A program made the position numbers and the translations under genes. DNA of 64,000 bases from a virus. The notes beneath the pieces were generated by a model. That model saw nothing but the letters and a program-made list of their open reading frames with translations. It did not search any database and was not told the DNA's origin. The DNA lies in the IMG/VR virus record IMGVR_UViG_3300027849_000009; one strand, 5' to 3'. Positions 46,993 to 55,588 of this stretch are shown here, piece after piece. The stretch's first letter is position 1. Every line of letters begins with the position of its first letter.

Positions 46993-47734
46993 AGTATTTC
47001 ATATTATTGGTAACGGTGATCAAGCGAAGCATTACCTGAAAGAACCACGAAAGGGAACTAAACTTCTCTGTAATATGCCTCCGTTCGAGATACCTAGAGA
47101 TGAGGTGTTCGGTACGTGCATGGTTGACTTCAAGATGATGATGGCATTGACCGAAGGGTCAGTTCAACTTGATCAATATATGTGGATTCTAGGCACACGT
47201 CCTCGCGCATGGATGTATGAACGTCATGCATTCTATCTCAAGTATGCTCCTAACATCAAAGAGTTCTACACTGATGTTCCTGAATATGCTGGCAATGCAA
47301 CGAACTTTAACTGTGGTCACATGGCAGTTCACTATGCGGCAGCACGACACAAAGCAGATGTTATTCATATGTACGGATTTGATACTCTGTTCGATTTCAA
47401 TATGCGTAGTGTGACTGACCTTGTATTGTCTAGTGATAGAACACAAGTCAACAACTATAGACTATTGAACAACTGGCGCCCTGTCTGGCGTGATATCATG
47501 CGTGAGTTCCCCGATACTAAGTTCGTATTGCACCACAATCATGACCAACTGAAGATACCTAAACTGCCTAATGTTGAAGTAGTAGTATATCCAGATGCAC
47601 TGACTAGTCCTCAAAAGAATGAAGATGAGAGTGATATTAGTGATGGTCGTGGAATGGATCAGCAAGTGGTTATCCCACAGACAAGAGCAGATCGACGTAG
47701 AGCAGAAAAAGAATTGAAAAAGAAAGCAAAATAA
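46985..47734 (+). CDS. Sialyltransferase/Maf-like GT-A protein
   Basis: IIGNG...CN...D...G..A...A...I.MYGFD pattern. Confidence 0.55.
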   Translation: MSKVFHIIGNGDQAKHYLKEPRKGTKLLCNMPPFEIPRDEVFGTCMVDFKMMMALTEGSVQLDQYMWILGTRPRAWMYERHAFYLKYAPNIKEFYTDVPEYAGNATNFNCGHMAVHYAAARHKADVIHMYGFDTLFDFNMRSVTDLVLSSDRTQVNNYRLLNNWRPVWRDIMREFPDTKFVLHHNHDQLKIPKLPNVEVVVYPDALTSPQKNEDESDISDGRGMDQQVVIPQTRADRRRAEKELKKKAK

Positions 47735-47747
47735 GTCAAAATAAGTC

Positions 47748-47776
47748 TTGCATTGGTTGGATATCTGTGATATAAT
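47748..47776 (+). promoter_or_regulatory. sigma70-type promoter
   Basis: TTGCAT-17-TATAAT; tandem AAAATAAGTC upstream. Confidence 0.65.
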
Positions 47777-47808
47777 ACTACTTGTATTCAATTGAAGAGA
47801 CTTATATT

Positions 47809-48492
47809 ATGTTCGAACACCTTAATTATGACCTGGGTTACGCTGATTTAGAATCAGAAACCCTTGAAACTGGTCGTCATTATCAAACGCCTGACGGCAA
47901 AAAGTATCCTTCTATCACAACCTGTCTGTCTATTCTATCTGAGAAAGGCATCGCCGCTTGGCGCAAACGTGTTGGTAAAGAAGAAGCAGACAAGATATCT
48001 TTCCGCGCGTCTACACGCGGTACTGCTGTTCACGAAATCATCGAAGATTACATCAACAATGTGCCTGACTATACTAAGAAGTATATGCCTAACATCGTCG
48101 CTAACTTTCTTGACGTTAAAGAAATCCTAGATACACGTATAGGTAAAGTCTATGCACAAGAAGTTCCATTGTACTCGCATCATCTAGGTGTTGCAGGACG
48201 AGTGGATTGTGTTGCTGAGTTTGATGGCAAGTTATCAATCATCGATTTCAAGACTGCTAAGAAAGCAAAACTTCGTAAGTATGTCGAAGCGTATTTCATG
48301 CAAGAGTCATTCTATGCTATAGCATGGGAAGAAATCACTCAATTACCTATTACACAACTAGTCACCATTATTGCTGTTGACAACGATGAACCACAAGTGT
48401 TTATCGAGCATCGTGATAATTGGTCAGGACCATTAAAACTTACTATTAAGAAGTATAAGGATCGCAAAAATGCCGAACAATATAGTTTCTGA
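47809..48492 (+). CDS. PD-(D/E)XK exonuclease (T4-like, Cas4-like fold)
   Basis: YPSITT, RGT..H, AGRVD, IDFKT, Q...Y. Confidence 0.88.
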   Translation: MFEHLNYDLGYADLESETLETGRHYQTPDGKKYPSITTCLSILSEKGIAAWRKRVGKEEADKISFRASTRGTAVHEIIEDYINNVPDYTKKYMPNIVANFLDVKEILDTRIGKVYAQEVPLYSHHLGVAGRVDCVAEFDGKLSIIDFKTAKKAKLRKYVEAYFMQESFYAIAWEEITQLPITQLVTIIAVDNDEPQVFIEHRDNWSGPLKLTIKKYKDRKNAEQYSF

Positions 48493-48805
48493 ATCCGCAG
48501 AGTACGAGAACTTTGTTGGTGAAAGAGTAGAAGTAGATACCGAAGCACCAGCATCACTCGCGGAGTTTATCGGTATGGAAGATAACACTAAAGAGTGGAA
48601 GAAAGAATGGGTTGGTATGCCTGAGTACAAGCAGGAAGATAATCCTACGTTTAAGACTATCTCTATGCACTTCAGAAACAAAGAAGACTACGAAGAGTTT
48701 GCTAAACTGATTGAGCAACCCTTAACTAAGAAGACTAAGAGTACTTGGTTCCCACGGTTAGATAGAACTGCTAACTCACTATTGCGTTGGGTCGAAGAAG
48801 AATGA
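48470..48805 (+). CDS. Hypothetical protein preceding TAGT-like glycosyltransferases
   Basis: EW.GMPE and HF...EDY..F...I.Q..T.KTKS.WFP motifs. Confidence 0.7.
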   Translation: MPNNIVSESAEYENFVGERVEVDTEAPASLAEFIGMEDNTKEWKKEWVGMPEYKQEDNPTFKTISMHFRNKEDYEEFAKLIEQPLTKKTKSTWFPRLDRTANSLLRWVEEE

Positions 48806-49659
48806 TCGAAAAGATATTCATTCCTACTGTCAACAGACCAGACTCACAGTTGACGTATAATAACTTACCCGATGCTCTGAAGAAGATAACTGTTATGGTT
48901 GTTCAAGCATGGGAAAGAGATCAGTACGATTATCCTTGTGAGTATCTGGTTCTACCTGATACGGACGAATATCACTTCGACCATTACTATTGTCTACCTA
49001 AGACTCGAAAGTTTATATATGAGACGGGTCAAGATATGAAGTATGCAGTACTTGACGATGATTTAGTTTTCATACGAAGAAACGCAAAATACTGGACTGG
49101 CATATCAAACATGGAAATGTCCAAGAAGACATCGACAGACGAAGATATTCTTGAGATGTTTGAAAAGTTCAGTGTTTGGTTAGACCTAGATACAGTAACG
49201 ATATGCGGATGTGGACCGAGTGCTTTACCTCCTATTCCTATAGAGTATCGCAACAACTCTTTTTTATATTGCGGACTATGGATAAATGGCAGTGACTTCA
49301 AGCATGAGTTACACGAACTTGATTTGACCTCAATAAAGATTGCTGAAGATGTGTTCTTTCTATTACAGATGCTAGACAAAGGGTACGGTAATAGACAGAG
49401 TAACGAGTTTGCATTTTTAAATAGCAGTGTACATAAGAAAGATTATGGTTCTACTTGTTGGGATAAACAATCATTTGATGATACACACAAAGACCATAAG
49501 TACATTGAGCAGAGATTTCCTAATACATTCAATGTACTTTATGACGAGAACGGCGAGAGAACAAAGGGTGGATTTAGAGATTATGGAAGAACAAAAGTTA
49601 AATGGGGTAAGACCTTCAAACCTAGAACAAACACATTGGGAGCATTTTTAGATGGTTAA
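48802..49659 (+). CDS. TAGT/GREB1-like glycosyltransferase (putative DNA-modifying)
   Basis: IFIPT..R, LDDD, ED...LQ.L..G. Confidence 0.7.
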   Translation: MIEKIFIPTVNRPDSQLTYNNLPDALKKITVMVVQAWERDQYDYPCEYLVLPDTDEYHFDHYYCLPKTRKFIYETGQDMKYAVLDDDLVFIRRNAKYWTGISNMEMSKKTSTDEDILEMFEKFSVWLDLDTVTICGCGPSALPPIPIEYRNNSFLYCGLWINGSDFKHELHELDLTSIKIAEDVFFLLQMLDKGYGNRQSNEFAFLNSSVHKKDYGSTCWDKQSFDDTHKDHKYIEQRFPNTFNVLYDENGERTKGGFRDYGRTKVKWGKTFKPRTNTLGAFLDG

Positions 49660-50596
49660 ACCTAAGTATCCTATATATATTATATCAAAGGGACGCCAAG
49701 ACTCTATGGTGACATCACAGTCATTAGCGAGAATGAAAGTCCATCATTACATTAGCATTGAACCTCAAGACTGGGACGCTTATGAGACTGCGCTTGATAA
49801 TTTTAACATTAGGAAGTATGTTACTCTATTACTTCTGCCCTTCAGCAACCATGGTGATGGTCCAGGTCGCGCTCGTAATTGGTGTTGGGACCATTCTATT
49901 ACACTTGGCGCTAAACGCCATTGGGTTCTTGACGACAATATTGCTGATTTCTACCGCCTTCATAATAATAAGCGAATTCGTGTAGAGAGTGGTGCATTCT
50001 TTGCTCCTATGGAAGACTTCGTTGATCGCTACACTAATGTTATGATAGCAGGACCTCAGTATCGTTTCTTCTGCGCACCTAATCAAGCATACCCCGCCTT
50101 TGTAAAGAACACTAGAATCTATTCTTGTCTCTTGATTGACAATGAATGTAAGCACAGATGGCGTGGTCGTTACAATGAAGACACTGACATTTGTTTGCGC
50201 GTTCTCAAAGACGGTGACTGTACTATTCAGTTCAATGCATTTCTTCAAGGCAAGATGGCAACGCAGACACTCAAGGGTGGTAACACCGAAGAGTTCTATC
50301 ATAAAGAGTTGGGTATTGATGAGAACGGTGTTGCTATTCAAGCAGACGAAACATTAGACGTAAAAGAAAGATATAACGTAGAGGGTACAATCGCTAAGTC
50401 ACAGATGCTTGTTGATATGCATCCTGACGTAGCAACGATGGTATGGAGATATGGTAGATGGCATCACCATGTAAACTACGATTCGTTCAAAAAGAATCCG
50501 CTAGATAAAGATACAACTGTTGTGATACAGAAAGGTGTTAATAACTACGGTATGAAATTAATTAATAATTATGGTGTAAACGCGAATGAATATTAG
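49652..50596 (+). CDS. TAGT/GREB1-like glycosyltransferase (putative DNA-modifying)
   Basis: YIISKGR, ARN, W.LDDN, YNEDTD.CL, GGNT. Confidence 0.8.
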   Translation: MVKPKYPIYIISKGRQDSMVTSQSLARMKVHHYISIEPQDWDAYETALDNFNIRKYVTLLLLPFSNHGDGPGRARNWCWDHSITLGAKRHWVLDDNIADFYRLHNNKRIRVESGAFFAPMEDFVDRYTNVMIAGPQYRFFCAPNQAYPAFVKNTRIYSCLLIDNECKHRWRGRYNEDTDICLRVLKDGDCTIQFNAFLQGKMATQTLKGGNTEEFYHKELGIDENGVAIQADETLDVKERYNVEGTIAKSQMLVDMHPDVATMVWRYGRWHHHVNYDSFKKNPLDKDTTVVIQKGVNNYGMKLINNYGVNANEY

Positions 50597-51119
50597 AGAA
50601 GCAACAATTGACTTACATAATGCAGTAGAGGCGACACCCTTTGCTATTCGAATGATTGATGGTACTTTGTCTAAGAAGGACTACGTTCGCTATCTCAATG
50701 CTCAGTATCTAATCTTTAATGCTATGGAACAGTATGGTGAGTATACTCTTCCTCATGAGAATCTACCTAGAAAACAAGCAATCATTGATGATCTCAAATC
50801 ATTAGATGAAGAAGCGACTGGTTATAATATGCCTAAGTCTGCTCAAAAATATTCTGATTATATTCTTGGACCATACGACTCTGAAGAGAATCTTCGTAGT
50901 TCACACATCTACTTGAATTACATGGGTATGATGTTCGGTGGTGGTATCGTAGCAAAGAATGGTTACTCTGATGGTAACTTATATAAGTTCGAAGGTGGTC
51001 GATCAGAAATCATTGCGGCGATTCGTGGATTGGAACTAAGTGTCGATGAAGTCAATCAAGGGTTTCGTTATCACATAGAGATATTCGAAGAGTTAGAAAG
51101 GATGGGTAAAGATGATTAG
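50586..51119 (+). CDS. hemO: Heme oxygenase
   Basis: REAT..LH...E (proximal His); HIY..YMG..FGG distal helix. Confidence 0.88.
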   Translation: MNIREATIDLHNAVEATPFAIRMIDGTLSKKDYVRYLNAQYLIFNAMEQYGEYTLPHENLPRKQAIIDDLKSLDEEATGYNMPKSAQKYSDYILGPYDSEENLRSSHIYLNYMGMMFGGGIVAKNGYSDGNLYKFEGGRSEIIAAIRGLELSVDEVNQGFRYHIEIFEELERMGKDD

Positions 51120-51762
51120 TTTAGAAGATCGTCTAACCGCACTAACTGGTGAGATGCAAGAAATCATTGAAGCATCTGCTGGCGTTAAACCATTAGAGAC
51201 AGAGGAGTTTGGATGGGAGAACTATCGATACGAATCGCCTAAGTTTAGACTAGCACACATAGAGCGATACTATGTTGATGGACTGGTTGTTGCTCATGTT
51301 GTTGTAATGCCAGTTCAGAGTTGTGGTGCACCTATCTTTGGATTCGATGTTGTCGGTAGTGCTAAGTCAGGAAGAATTACTGGTGCTTTCGTTGATTGGT
51401 CGCCCATAATGTGGGAAGGCAAGTGGCACAACACAGAGTGGAACAATGATAGAAAACTACCTGTTTGGGCAGAGTGCTTCAGCAATCAATTCGTCGCTAT
51501 CAGACCGGACGAAGAAGAGACTGATAAACTGTTTGAGTTTGCTATAGATACTTTCATGGAGTATATGATGATGCTTCAAGAGTGCTTTATTAATACGTCT
51601 GGTCGATTTGACAAAGGCGCACTAGAAGTTATCAAGATAGCACAGAATAAGTACTGTACACACCAAGCATCAAACCCACGCACACGTGCCGCATTGAATA
51701 AGAAGATCGGCAAAGAACGTGCAGAGTATTTCATGACTGAGATACTTTTCCCGAAGATTTAG
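51112..51762 (+). CDS. pcyX: Ferredoxin-dependent bilin reductase (PcyX/PcyA-like)
   Basis: FR.AH.E, PIFGFD, D.SP, LP.WA..FS, Q..YC..Q..N..T, LFP; adjacent to heme oxygenase. Confidence 0.8.
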   Translation: MISLEDRLTALTGEMQEIIEASAGVKPLETEEFGWENYRYESPKFRLAHIERYYVDGLVVAHVVVMPVQSCGAPIFGFDVVGSAKSGRITGAFVDWSPIMWEGKWHNTEWNNDRKLPVWAECFSNQFVAIRPDEEETDKLFEFAIDTFMEYMMMLQECFINTSGRFDKGALEVIKIAQNKYCTHQASNPRTRAALNKKIGKERAEYFMTEILFPKI

Positions 51763-51821
51763 TCCCGCCTTGGGACCGACCTGAGCATGTCACGAAACTG
51801 CTCTTTCTTTTAAAATAATGC

Positions 51822-51850
51822 TTGACAATCCATTTACTTTGGTGTATAAT
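51822..51850 (+). promoter_or_regulatory. sigma70-type promoter
   Basis: TTGACA-17-TATAAT. Confidence 0.8.
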
Positions 51851-51941
51851 GGTGCCTATGAAGTGATAACTCTTTCGTAAACTGGTAATGATTCCTAAGC
51901 GAGAGTGACACTTCATATACATAATGATTAAAAGGTAACAT

Positions 51942-52484
51942 ATGAAAGTTAATATAGGTAAGTATCCTAGACACCGATGGTATCACAACTTTGTTTTCTG
52001 GCACTTTGGATATGAAGCAAAGGTAAAAGAGAAGATTGTGATTGAAGAGTTTGATACTTGGTCAATGGATCATACACTCGCAAAGATAATTCTTCCTATG
52101 CTTATTCAGTTGAAAGAGACAAAGCATGGCGCACCCTTTGTTGAGATGGAAGATGTTCCTGAACTTCTACGTTGGGACATGAAAGACGAGCGACACTACA
52201 ATACCAAAGGTGAAGTTGATGAGCAATACTTCGAGCGTTGGGAATATGTGATCAGCGAAATGATTTGGGCATTCGAACAGAAGAACTCAGATGATTGGAC
52301 AGAGCAATACACAAAGGGTGAGCATGATATTCAATGGATTGAACTAGAAGATGGTATGTCTGAGATGACTAAAGGACCAAACGACACTTTCGAATCTGAC
52401 GATGAAGGCATTAAAGCACATCAAAAAAGAATAACAAATGGTTTTAGACTATTTGGTAAATACTACGAAGGACTATGGGATTAA
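51942..52484 (+). CDS. Conserved phage hypothetical protein
   Basis: DTWSMDHTLA..I.P.L..LK and GF.LFGKYY..LWD motifs. Confidence 0.8.
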   Translation: MKVNIGKYPRHRWYHNFVFWHFGYEAKVKEKIVIEEFDTWSMDHTLAKIILPMLIQLKETKHGAPFVEMEDVPELLRWDMKDERHYNTKGEVDEQYFERWEYVISEMIWAFEQKNSDDWTEQYTKGEHDIQWIELEDGMSEMTKGPNDTFESDDEGIKAHQKRITNGFRLFGKYYEGLWD

Positions 52485-52485
52485 T

Positions 52486-53154
52486 ATGGAACAAAATGAA
52501 GTAAGTTTAATTGCACTAAGTTCACCGAGCGCATACACTGGAGTTAATTCAGCAGAGCAATTGGTAGCATATGCGGCAAGAGTGAGTAACCCCGCTAATC
52601 AGAATAACACCGAGACTGCTGGTAAGTTAGTTCGTTATTTGATTAAGGAGAATCATTGGTCACCACTTGAAATGGTACACTTGACACTTGAGATTAAAAC
52701 AACTCGTGATATTGGTCGTCAGATTATACGTCACAGGTCGTTCGCCTTTCAAGAGTTCTCACAGAGATATGCAGTGAGTGAGAATATTGATGTAGTACGT
52801 GAAGCACGAGTTCAAGACGAGAAGAATCGCCAGAACTCTAATGTAACTGATGACGAACATATTAAGAGTGAATGGGGACGTTCACAAGCGCGTATACGCA
52901 ACTTCGCAAAGAAAGAGTATGCTGCCGCACTTGATATGGGTATTGCTAAGGAACAGGCACGTGCATTGTTGCCCGAGGGTTTAACAGGAACAACACTGTA
53001 TATGGCAGGTAGTTTGCGTTCATGGATTCACTATTGTGATTTGCGTATGGCGAATGGTACACAGAAAGAACATATGGATGTAGCAGAAAAATGTTGGGAA
53101 ATAATTAAGCAACACTTCCCTGATGTAGTTAAAGCGGTCGAGGAGACTAAGTAA
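52486..53154 (+). CDS. thyX: Flavin-dependent thymidylate synthase
   Basis: H.SP.E, RHRSF...EFSQRY, E.AR..LP, Q.EH. Confidence 0.95.
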   Translation: MEQNEVSLIALSSPSAYTGVNSAEQLVAYAARVSNPANQNNTETAGKLVRYLIKENHWSPLEMVHLTLEIKTTRDIGRQIIRHRSFAFQEFSQRYAVSENIDVVREARVQDEKNRQNSNVTDDEHIKSEWGRSQARIRNFAKKEYAAALDMGIAKEQARALLPEGLTGTTLYMAGSLRSWIHYCDLRMANGTQKEHMDVAEKCWEIIKQHFPDVVKAVEETK

Positions 53155-53432
53155 TGAGTGATTTTAAAAAAGGTGATGTAGTAAGTGTAGTGACTCTTTC
53201 AGGAGAGTATATGGGTAAGTACAATCAGAATCATGCAGACGGTGGGTTGACGTTAGATGATCCTCGTATGTTGATTGCTGGTGATGACGGTATTGGTTTC
53301 GCTCGTGGTATCTGTATGACTGGTATTGAGAATGTCAATACTGTTCGTTTCAAAGATTATGTTTACGTAACACCAACCAACGCAGAGTTTGAGAAAGCGT
53401 ATCGTACAGCAGTAAGCGGCATCATTCTGTGA
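53154..53432 (+). CDS. Conserved T4-like small beta-barrel protein
   Basis: GDVVS....GE..G and C-terminal Y...SGII. Confidence 0.75.
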   Translation: MSDFKKGDVVSVVTLSGEYMGKYNQNHADGGLTLDDPRMLIAGDDGIGFARGICMTGIENVNTVRFKDYVYVTPTNAEFEKAYRTAVSGIIL

Positions 53433-53575
53433 ATTCAAAGAAAGCGAAATTGTTTCGTAAAGTAGGAAAGGTTGACAAACGGTCAAAGTCCTTGTATAAT
53501 AGTCTAACTAGCAAAGAAAAAGAATTGTTAGGCGAGATTTATAAAGTAGCGAAACAAAAACAGTCGGAGAAATAA
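53429..53575 (+). CDS. Small basic hypothetical protein (48 aa)
   Basis: GTG start overlapping upstream stop; MNSKKAKLFRK...QSEK*. Confidence 0.55.
   Translation: MNSKKAKLFRKVGKVDKRSKSLYNSLTSKEKELLGEIYKVAKQKQSEK
53472..53500 (+). promoter_or_regulatory. Consensus sigma70 promoter embedded in an ORF
   Basis: TTGACA-17-TATAAT with TG. Confidence 0.75.
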
Positions 53576-53576
53576 C

Positions 53577-54128
53577 ATTAATATATTCTATTTGCATCAA
53601 GATCCTATAATATGTGCAGAACAGCACAGCGACAAGCACGTGGTAAAGATGTGTGTAGAATATGCACAACTGTTATCGACTGCGCAAAGATGTATTGATG
53701 GCGAGTTCTGGCATGGTAGAACAACTAACGGTCGTAAGATTGCTAGGTACTTCCACCCAGACTCTGCCATGAATCATACTCTGTATAAAGCAACACACAT
53801 CAATCATCCATCTTCTATCTGGTGCAGAGCATCCGTACAGAATTATCAGTGGTTGTATGATATGTGGGTCTCATTATGTTTTGAGTTCGAACGACGATAT
53901 AAAAAGAAGCATTTGTCATTTGTAAAGTTAGAGTACTATCTCTTAATGCCACCTGCCGCAATACCTATAGACGAGTTTACAGAACCTACTCCTGCTATGG
54001 GTTCACATCCGCATTGCATTGTTGAAGGTGATTCGATAACATCTTATCGCAACTACTACAGAGAAGCAAAGCGTGATTTTGCAGTATGGTCAACAAGAGA
54101 CATCCCAGAATGGTGGAGAGAAAGATAA
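53577..54128 (+). CDS. Pyrimidine-dimer DNA glycosylase-like (DenV-related) protein with ATT start
   Basis: (M)NIFYLH....A..H.DKHVVKM..E.AQLLS, H.NHP, YR.YY...K; GGAGA SD 6 nt before ATT. Confidence 0.75.
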   Translation: MNIFYLHQDPIICAEQHSDKHVVKMCVEYAQLLSTAQRCIDGEFWHGRTTNGRKIARYFHPDSAMNHTLYKATHINHPSSIWCRASVQNYQWLYDMWVSLCFEFERRYKKKHLSFVKLEYYLLMPPAAIPIDEFTEPTPAMGSHPHCIVEGDSITSYRNYYREAKRDFAVWSTRDIPEWWRER

Positions 54129-54886
54129 TGGCAAAGAGAATTAAGAAAGTAAAATTCACGCCGAAACCAAAGAAGACTTTGGTGCCTGCACCTAACTGGG
54201 AGAAACTCCAGAAGGCAAGTACAGAAGAGAAACGACTGGATGCATGGAAAGATTGTGAACAGTTCGTTCATGCTGAAGTTACTGACAAAGAGTATCTTCA
54301 CTCTATGAAGAAGTGGGTACGAGGTAGTGACTGGAACATGGCAGAGCAGAGTGCAATATTGCCTGATGCTTTCATGTTACCGTTTGCTAAACATGGTTGG
54401 AAAGCAATACGATTAGGGTTTATGCCTGAGAATGTTGAGCGTTCAATTAAGAAGAATCTTCTACCTTTGCTTGAGAAAGCACAGAAATTGAGAGATAGAA
54501 TTGCTAGTGATCCTGCGATTCATCCATCAGTGCTTGAGAAAGATGAAGACCATGATTTGTATTACCCCACAATAAAAGAATGGATAGCGGAAACAAAGTC
54601 GTTTCTGAAAGCGAGTAAAAACTATCAAGAGTCTCCTGATCCTGCATTGCGTAGTCAGTATCGAGTGATGGAAACTTATCTCTACAATCTCAATCAATAC
54701 GTCAAGATGGGAGTGTGGTTAGATTCGCACTATGGCGCCAAACGTGAGTACAAGCAAGTCGCCGCATGTGTTGCACCAGCATATCATGCAGACGGCACAC
54801 AGAAAAGAACTATTGGTATATACTATCTCGACGTAGGTGATGTGTGGACCAAAGAAATGGAAGGATATTATAATGATCAAACTTGA
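54128..54886 (+). CDS. Hypothetical protein
   Basis: Long ORF coupled to gp33. Confidence 0.75.
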   Translation: MAKRIKKVKFTPKPKKTLVPAPNWEKLQKASTEEKRLDAWKDCEQFVHAEVTDKEYLHSMKKWVRGSDWNMAEQSAILPDAFMLPFAKHGWKAIRLGFMPENVERSIKKNLLPLLEKAQKLRDRIASDPAIHPSVLEKDEDHDLYYPTIKEWIAETKSFLKASKNYQESPDPALRSQYRVMETYLYNLNQYVKMGVWLDSHYGAKREYKQVAACVAPAYHADGTQKRTIGIYYLDVGDVWTKEMEGYYNDQT

Positions 54887-55109
54887 TAGTGATATGATGA
54901 TGACGAAGAGTCGCTTTACTAGGATGGTAGAAGATTGGGTACGTGAGAAGCAACAACCCTATATGGATGCCGTAGTAGCGATTTGTGAGAACCACAACAT
55001 GGACGTAGAAGACTGTAAGAAGTTTGTCTCACCTGTCATTAAGAACAAACTTGAGGCAGAAGCAATGTCTCTAAACTATCTACCAAGGCAGAATACTCTG
55101 CCGCTATGA
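54873..55109 (+). CDS. gp33: Late transcription coactivator gp33
   Basis: F...VE......Y.DA....CE......I..KLE.EA..LNYL. Confidence 0.85.
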   Translation: MIKLDSDMMMTKSRFTRMVEDWVREKQQPYMDAVVAICENHNMDVEDCKKFVSPVIKNKLEAEAMSLNYLPRQNTLPL

Positions 55110-55477
55110 GTGATGAAAGTACAATAGCATCAACAAACGCGCTCCTGCCGTTTGGTACAACGTCCAGTGCGCCTGCTATTGTACTTCCTGACACTGATCT
55201 GTTTAGATCAGAACGTGGATCATTAACACGAAACTACTTCGAGAATGCAGTTGATTTAATTAATCGTGAGTATGAAGCGATAAAAAGACTTGCAATGTTG
55301 AATGAATTAGTGTATAATGCATCTTATAACTTCGTACCAAGAGTTGGTCAAATGTATCATCTATATCGAAAGCAAGACGATTCATATATGTTGAGCATGA
55401 TCGAAAACTGGACGAAGTATGAGTTTGTAGTATCGATTGAATATACTGCTGACTCAGTTTGGAAAGAAAAAGGTTGA
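55106..55477 (+). CDS. DUF2452-like protein
   Basis: LP.GT..SAP.I; Y.A.YNF.P.VG..YHLY. Confidence 0.65.
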   Translation: MSDESTIASTNALLPFGTTSSAPAIVLPDTDLFRSERGSLTRNYFENAVDLINREYEAIKRLAMLNELVYNASYNFVPRVGQMYHLYRKQDDSYMLSMIENWTKYEFVVSIEYTADSVWKEKG

Positions 55478-55502
55478 CTTTCGTAAGTTATTATGTTACT
55501 AT
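55474..55502 (+). promoter_or_regulatory. Promoter for gene 32
   Basis: TTGACT-17-TACTAT followed by A-rich leader. Confidence 0.6.
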
Positions 55503-55588
55503 ATACAAGTACATTATGAAATACAAGTGGACAAAAGCAACACCATACTAGAAACTATACTCTGTAATAATACTAAAGGTAAATAAAT

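Noticed and set aside
47809-48492. Cas4-like exonuclease as evidence of CRISPR-Cas
   Set aside because: It is a stand-alone nuclease common in T4-like phages; no array or other cas genes are present.
51778-51800. CTGAGCA...GAAAC as a hammerhead ribozyme core
   Set aside because: The core should be CUGANGA and a proper stem II is missing; a pseudoknot explains the pairing better.
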